Below, one piece after another: positions 57,201-64,000 of a stretch of DNA of 64,000 nucleotides. The DNA lies in the NCBI RefSeq assembly GCF_009914755.1, contig NC_060933.1; one strand, written 5' to 3'. A model generated the notes under the pieces. That model worked only from the letters and a program-made list of their open reading frames with translations, was not told where the DNA came from and did not search any database. Source of the DNA: the human T2T-CHM13v2.0 reference genome, Homo sapiens. The stretch's first letter is position 1, and each line of letters opens with the position of its first letter. A program made the translations under genes and the position numbers.

Positions 57201-60200
57201 AACTACCCGAATGGAATGGAATGTAATGGAGTGTAAAGGAATTGAATAGAATCAATCCGAATGGAATGGAATGGAATGGAACGGAATGTAATGGAATGGA
57301 ATGGAATGGAATCAACCCGAGTGCAGGGGAATGGAATGGAATGGAATGCAATGGAATGGAATCATCTGGAATGGAATGGAATGGAATGCAATGGAATGGA
57401 ATGGAATGGAATCAACCCGAGTACAATGGAATGGAGTGAAATGGAATGGAATGGAATGGAGACAACCAGAATGGATTGGAATATAATGGAGTGTAAGGGA
57501 ATTGAATAGAATCAATCTGAATGTAATGAAATGGAATGGAATGGAATGGAATGGAATGCAATGGAATGGAATCAACCCGAGTGCAATCGAATGGAATCGA
57601 ATGGAATGGAATGCAATGGAATGGATTCAACTTGAATGGAATGGAAAGAATGGAATCAACACGAGTGGAATGGCATGGATTGGAATGGAATGGAATGGAA
57701 TCAACCCGAGTATAGGGGAATGGAATGGAATGGAATGCAATGGAATGGAATCATCCGTAATGGAATGGAAAGGAATGGAATGGAATGGAATGGAATGGAA
57801 TGGAATGGAATGGAATCAACTCGATTGCAATCGAATGGAATGGAATGGAATTAACCCGAATAGAATGGAATGGAATGGAATGGAAGGGAACGGAATGGAA
57901 TGGAATGGAATGGAATGGAATGGAATGGAACGGAAAGGAAAGGAATGGAATGGAATCGAATGGAATGGAATGGAATCAACGCGAGTGAAGGGGAATGGAA
58001 TGGAATAGAATGGAATGGAATGGAATCAACGCGAGTGCAGGGGAATGGAATGGAATGCAATGCAATGGAATGGAATCTTCCGGAATGGAATGGAATGGAA
58101 TGGAATGGAATTGAATGGAATGGAATCAACACGAGTGCAATGGAACGGAGAGGAATGGAATGGAATGGAATGGAACAACCCGAATGGAATGGAATGTAAT
58201 GGAGAGTAAGGGAGTTGAATAGAATCAATCCGAATGTAATGGAATGGAATGGAACGGAATGGAATTGAATGGAATGGAATGGAATGCAATGGAATGGAAT
58301 CAACCCGAGTGCAATGGAATGGAGAGGAATGGAATGGAATGGAATGGAAACTACCCGAATGGAATGGAATGTAATGGAGTGTAAGGGAATTGAATAGAAT
58401 CAATCCGAATGTAATGGAATGGAATGGAACGGAATGGAATGGAATGGAATGGAATGGAATGGAATGGAATGCAATGGAATGGAATCAACCCGAGTGCAAT
58501 CGAATGGAATCGAATGGAATGGAATGCAATGGAATGGATTCAACTTGAATGGAATGGAAAGAATGGAATCAACACGAGTGGAATGGCATGGCTTGGAATG
58601 GAATGGAATGGAATCAACCCGAGTACAGGGGAATTTAATGTAATGGAATGCAATGGAATGGAATCATCCGTAATGGAATGGAAAGGAATGGAATGGAATG
58701 GAATGGAATGGAATGGAATGGAATGGACTCAACTCGATTGCAATCGAATGGAATGGAATGGAATTAACCCGAATAGAATGGAGTGGAATAGAATGGAACG
58801 GAACGGAATGGAACGGAATGGAATGGAATGGAATGGAATGGAACGGAACGGAATGGAATGGAATGGAATGGAATGGAATCAACGCGAGTGCAGGGGAATG
58901 GAATGGAATGGAATGCAATGGAATGGAATCTTCCGGAATGGAATGGAATGGAATGAAATGCAATGGATTCAACTCGATTGCAATGGAATGGAATAGAATG
59001 GAATGGAATGGAATTAATTCGAATAGAATGGAATGGAATGGAATGGAATGGAACGGAATGGAACGGAATGGAATGGAATGGAATGGAATGGAATAGTATG
59101 GAATGGAATGGAATGGTACGGAATAGAATGGAATGGAACGAATTGTAATGGAAAGGAATTGAATGGAATGGAATGGAATCAACGCGAGTGCAGGGGAATG
59201 TAATGGAACGGAATGCAATGAAATGGAATCATCCGGAATGGAATGGAATGGAATGGAATGGAATGGAATGGAATGGAATCAACCCGAGTGCAATGGAATG
59301 GAGTGGAATGGAATGGAAGGGAATGGAACAACCCGAATGGAATAGAATGTAATGGAGAGTAAGGGAGTTGAATAGAATCAATCCGAATGTAATGGAATGG
59401 AATGCAACGGAATGGAATGGAATGGAATGGAATGGAATGCAATGGAATTGAATCAACCCGAGTACAATGGAATGGAATGGAATGGAATGGAATGGAATGG
59501 AATGGAATGGAATGATACGGAATAGAATGGAATGGAACGAAATGGAATGGAATGGAATGGAATGGAATGGAATCGTTCCGAGTGGAATAGGAGGGAATGT
59601 ATTCGAGTGGAATGGAAAGGAATGGAATCAACCAGAGTGGAATGGAAGGGAATGGAATGGAATGGAAACTAATAGAATGGAATCAACCCGAGTGGAATGG
59701 AATGGAAAGGACTGGAATGGAATGGAATGGAATGGAATGGAATCAACTCGATTGGAATGGAATGGAATGGAATGGAATGGAATGGAATGGAATGGAATTA
59801 ACCCGAATACAATGGAATGGAATGGAATGGAATGGAATGGAGTGGAATGGAATGGAATCAACCCGAGTGCAGGGGAATGGAATGGAATGGAATGCAATGG
59901 AATGGAATCATCCGGAATGGAATGGAATGGAATGGAATGCAAAGCAATGGAATCAACTAGATTGCAATGGAATGGAATGGAATGGAAAGGAATACATTGG
60001 AATCAACCCGAGTGGAATGGAATGGAAAGGACTGGAATGGAGTGGAATGGAATGGAATGGAATGGAATCAACTCGATTGGAATGGAATGGAATGGAATGG
60101 AATGGAATTAACCCGAATAGAATGGAATGGAATGGAATGGAACGGAACGGAATCGAATGGAATGGAATGGAATGGAATGGAATGGAATGGAATGGAATCA

Positions 60201-61439
60201 ACCCGACTGCAGGGGAATGGAATGGAATGGAAACTAATAGAATGGAATCAACCCGAGTGGAATGGAATGGAAAAGACAGGAATGGAAAGGAATGGAATGG
60301 AATGGAATGGAATGGAATGGAATGGAATGGAATCAACGCGAGTGCAGGGGAATGGAAAGGAATCGAATGGAATGGAATGGAATGGAAAGGAATCAACCCG
60401 AGTGCAGGGGAATGTAATGGAACGGAATGCAATGGAATTGAATCATCCGGAATGGAATGGAATGGAATGGAATGGAATGGAATCAACCCGAGTGCAATGG
60501 AATGGAGTGGAATGGAATGGAATGGAATGGAACAACCCGAATGGAATGGAATGTAATGGAGAGTAAGGGAGTTGAAAAGAATCAATCCGAATGTAATGGA
60601 ATGGAATGGAACGGAATGGAATGGAATGGAATGGAATGGAATGGAATGGAATGGAATGCAATGGAATGGAATCAACCCGAGTACAATGGAATGGAATGGA
60701 ATGGAATGGAATGGAATGGAATGGAAGGGAATGGAATGGAATGGAATGCAATGGAATGGAATCTTACGGAATGGAATGGAATGGAATGGAATGGAATGGA
60801 ATGGAATGGAATGCAATGGATTCAACTAGATTGCAATGGAATGGAATAGAATGGAATGGAATGGAATGGAATGCAATGGAATGGAATCAACTCGATTGCA
60901 ACGGAATGGAATGGAATGGAAAGGAATACATTGGAATCAACCCGAGTGGAATGGAATGGAAAGGACTGGAATGGAGTGGAATGGAATAGAATGGAATGGA
61001 ATGGAATGGAACGGAACGGAACGGAACGGAATGGAGTGGAATGGAATGGAATGGAATTGTATGGAATGGAATGGAATGGTACGGAAAAGAATGGAATGGA
61101 AAGAATTGGAATGGAATGGAATCGAATGGAATGGAATGGAATGGAATGGAATCAACCCGAGTGCAGGGGAATGTAATGGAACGGAATGCAATGGAATGGA
61201 ATCATCCGGAATGGAATGGAATGGAATTGAATGGAATGGAATGGAATGGAATCAACACGAGAGCAATGGAATGGAGTGGAATGGAATGGAATGGAATGGA
61301 ACAACCCGAATGGAATGGAATGTAATGGAGAGTAAGGGAGTTGAATAGAATCAATCCGAATGTAATGGAATGGAATGCAACGGAATGGAATGGAATGGAA
61401 TGGAATGGAATGGAATGCAATGGAATTGAATCAACCTGA

Positions 61440-61800
61440 GTACAATGGAATGGAGAGGAATGGAATGGAATGGAATGGAAAATACCCGAATGGAATGGAA
61501 TGTAATGGAGTGTAAGGGAATTGAACAGAATCAATCCGAATGTAATGGAATGGAATGGAACGAAATGGAATGGAATGGAATGGAATGGAATGGAATGGAA
61601 TGCAATGGAATGGAATCAACCCGAGTGCAATGGAATGGAGTGGAATGGAATGGAATGGAATGGAAAATACCCGAATGGAATGGAATGTAATGGAGTGTAA
61701 GGGAATTGAACAGAATCAATCCGAATGTAATGGAATGGAATGGAACGAAATGGAATGGAATGGAATGGAATGGAATGCAATGGAATGGAAACAACCCGAG
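61440..61800 (+). repeat. 185-bp tandem duplication
   Basis: ggaaaatacccg 61477/61662 and ttgaacagaatc 61521/61706. Confidence 0.88.
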
Positions 61801-63569
61801 TGCAATCGAATGGAATCGAATGGAATGGCATGCAATGGAATGGATTCAACTTGAATGGAATGGAAAGAATGGAATCAACACGAGTGGAATGGCATGGATT
61901 GGAATGGAATGGAATGGAATCAACCCGAGTACAGGGGAATGGAATGGAAGGGAATGCAATGGAATGGAACCATCCATAATGGAATGGAAAGGAATGGAAT
62001 GGAATGGAATGGAATGGAATGGAATCAACTCGAATGCAATCGAATGGAATGGAATGGAATTAACCCTAATAGAATGGAATGGAATGGAATGGAACGGAAC
62101 GGAATGGAATGGAATGGAATGGAATGGAATGGAACGGAACGGAACGGAATGGATGGAATGGAATGGAATGGAATGGAATGGAATCAACGCGAGTGCAGGG
62201 GAATGGAAAGGAATGGAATGCAATGGAATGGAATCTTCCGGAATGGAATGGAATGGGTTGGAATGAAATGCAATTGATTCAACTCGATTGCAATGGAATG
62301 GAATAGAATGGTATGGAATCGAATGGAATGGAATTGAATGGAATCAACCCGAGTGCAATGGAATGGAGTGGAATGGAATGGAATGGAATGGAACAACCCG
62401 AATTGAATGGAAGGTAATGGAGAGTAAGGGAGTTGAATAGAATCAATCCGAATGTAATGGAATGGAATGCAACGGAATGGAATGGAATGGAATGGAATGG
62501 AATGCAATGGAATGGAATCAACCCGAGTACAATGGAATGGAATGGAATGGAATGGAATGGAATGGAATGGAATGGAATGGAATGCCTTCAAACCGAATGG
62601 AATGGAAAGGAATGGAATCAACACGAGTGGAATGGAATGGAATGGAATGGAATGGAATGGAATGGAATGGAATGCAATCGTTCCGAGTGGAATAGTAGGG
62701 AATGTATTCGAGTGGAATGGAAAGGAATGGAATCAACCAGAGTGGAATGGAAGGGAATGGAATGGAATGGAAACTAATAGAATGGAATCAACCCGAGTGG
62801 AATGGAATGGAAAAGACTGGAATGGAAAGGAATGGAATGGAATGGAATGGAATCAACGCGAGTGCAGGGGAATGGAATGGAATCGAATGGAATGGAATGG
62901 AATCAACCCGAGTGCAATCGAATGGAATCGAATGGAATGGAATGCAATGGAATGGATTCAACTTGAATGGAAAGGAAAGAATGGAATCAACACGAGTGGA
63001 ATGGCATGGATTGGAATGGAATGGAATGGAATCAACCCGAGTACAGGGGAATGGAATGGAATGGAATGCAATGGAATGGAATCATCAGTAATGGAATGGA
63101 AAGGAATGGAAAGGACTGGAATGGAATGGAATGGAATGGAATGCAATCAAATCGATTGCAATCGAATGGAATGGAATGGAATTAACCCGAATAGAATGGA
63201 ATGGAATGGAATGGAACGGAACGGAATGGAATGGAATGGAATGGAATAGAATGGAACGGAAAGGAATGGAATGGAATGGAATGGAACGGAATGGAAAGGA
63301 ATCGAATCAACGCGAGTGCAGAGGAATGGAATGGAATCGAATGGAATGGAAAGGAATGGAATGGAATTAACCCGAGTGCAGGGGAAGGTAATGGAACCGA
63401 ATGCAATGGAATGCAATCATCCGGAATGGAATGGAATGGAATGGAATGGAATCAACCCGAGTGCAATGGAATAGAGTGGAATGGAAAGGAATGGAATGGA
63501 ACAACCCGAATGGAATGGAATGTAATGGAGAGTAAGGGAGTTGAATAGAATCAATCCGAATGTAATGGA

Positions 63570-64000
63570 ATGGAATGCAACGGAATGGAATGGAATGGAA
63601 TGGAATGGAATGCAATGGAATTGAATCAACCCGAGTACAATGGAATGGAATGGAATGGAATGGAATGGAATGGAATGGAATGGAATGATACGGAATAGAA
63701 TGGAATGGAACGAAATGGAATGGAATGGAATGGAATGGAATGGAATCGTTCCGAGTGGAATAGGAGGGAATGTATTCGAGTGGAATGGAAAGGAATGGAA
63801 TCAACCAGAGTGGAATGGAAGGGAATGGAATGGAATGGAAACTAATAGAATGGAATCAACCCGAGTGGAATGGAATGGAAAGGACTGGAATGGAATGGAA
63901 TGGAATGGAATGGAATCAACTCGATTGGAATGGAATGGAATGGAATGGAATGGAATGGAATGGAATGGAATTAACCCGAATACAATGGAATGGAATGGAA
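63570..64000 (+). repeat. Near-identical copy of ~59400-59830 (offset ~4172), truncated by the window end
   Basis: gcaatggaattgaatcaacccgagtac 59439/63612 and ggaatcgttcc 59570/63742. Confidence 0.75.

Larger units (their letters stand above)
1..64000 (+). repeat. Satellite III (HSat3) array, (GGAAT)n with interspersed CAACCCGAGT-family modules; pericentromeric heterochromatin
   Basis: GGAAT pentamer throughout with the diagnostic Sat III interruption CAAC(C/A/G)CGAGT. HSat2-type CATCGAATGGAAATGAAAGGAGTC units were not seen. The G/A-rich strand stays on + for the whole window. Confidence 0.98.

Noticed and set aside
206-63560. Recurring ~35-bp GAGAGTAAGGGAGTTGAATAGAATCAATCCG as a CRISPR-like repeat
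   Set aside because: The intervals are hundreds of bases of satellite rather than unique spacers, and there are no cas genes.
1-64000. Telomeric repeat or G-quadruplex array
   Set aside because: No TTAGGG-type tandem. G-runs of three or more are isolated, so there are no canonical G4 motifs.
1-64000. Inversion or embedded Alu/L1/unique sequence
   Set aside because: No switch to (ATTCC)n and no non-satellite stretch longer than ~40 bp was seen.
1-64000. Single regular higher-order repeat (e.g. 1.8 or 3.5 kb)
   Set aside because: Marker spacings are irregular and duplication offsets differ by region.

Overview
The whole 64-kb window is one uninterrupted, single-orientation array of classical human-type satellite III (HSat3). 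It consists of (GGAAT)n on the + strand, punctuated every ~50-150 bp by a small vocabulary of CpG-containing modules (CAACCCGAGT, CAACTCGATT, CAACGCGAGT, CAACACGAGT, TTAACCCGAATAG, CTTCCGG/CATCCGG, GAGAGTAAGGGAGTTG and others). I found no gene, RNA gene, transposon or CRISPR array. All listed ORFs are artefacts of the stop-free pentamer (MEWNG / IPFHS repeats). The module set resembles, from memory, the 9q12-type Sat III; that assignment is unverified. The information content is structural: (i) about 37 perfect three-box heat-shock elements (nGAAnnTTCnnGAAn) encoded by one module; (ii) a fixed module order giving a ~0.83-0.85-kb basic unit that contains an invariant 175-bp dimer; (iii) nested recent duplications at 65 bp, 125 bp, 185 bp, ~0.97, ~1.03, ~1.18, ~1.5, ~2.67, ~5.8, ~8.3 and possibly ~22 kb, with no single higher-order repeat; (iv) regional stratification of variants. 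All counts, offsets and boundaries were read by eye and are approximate.
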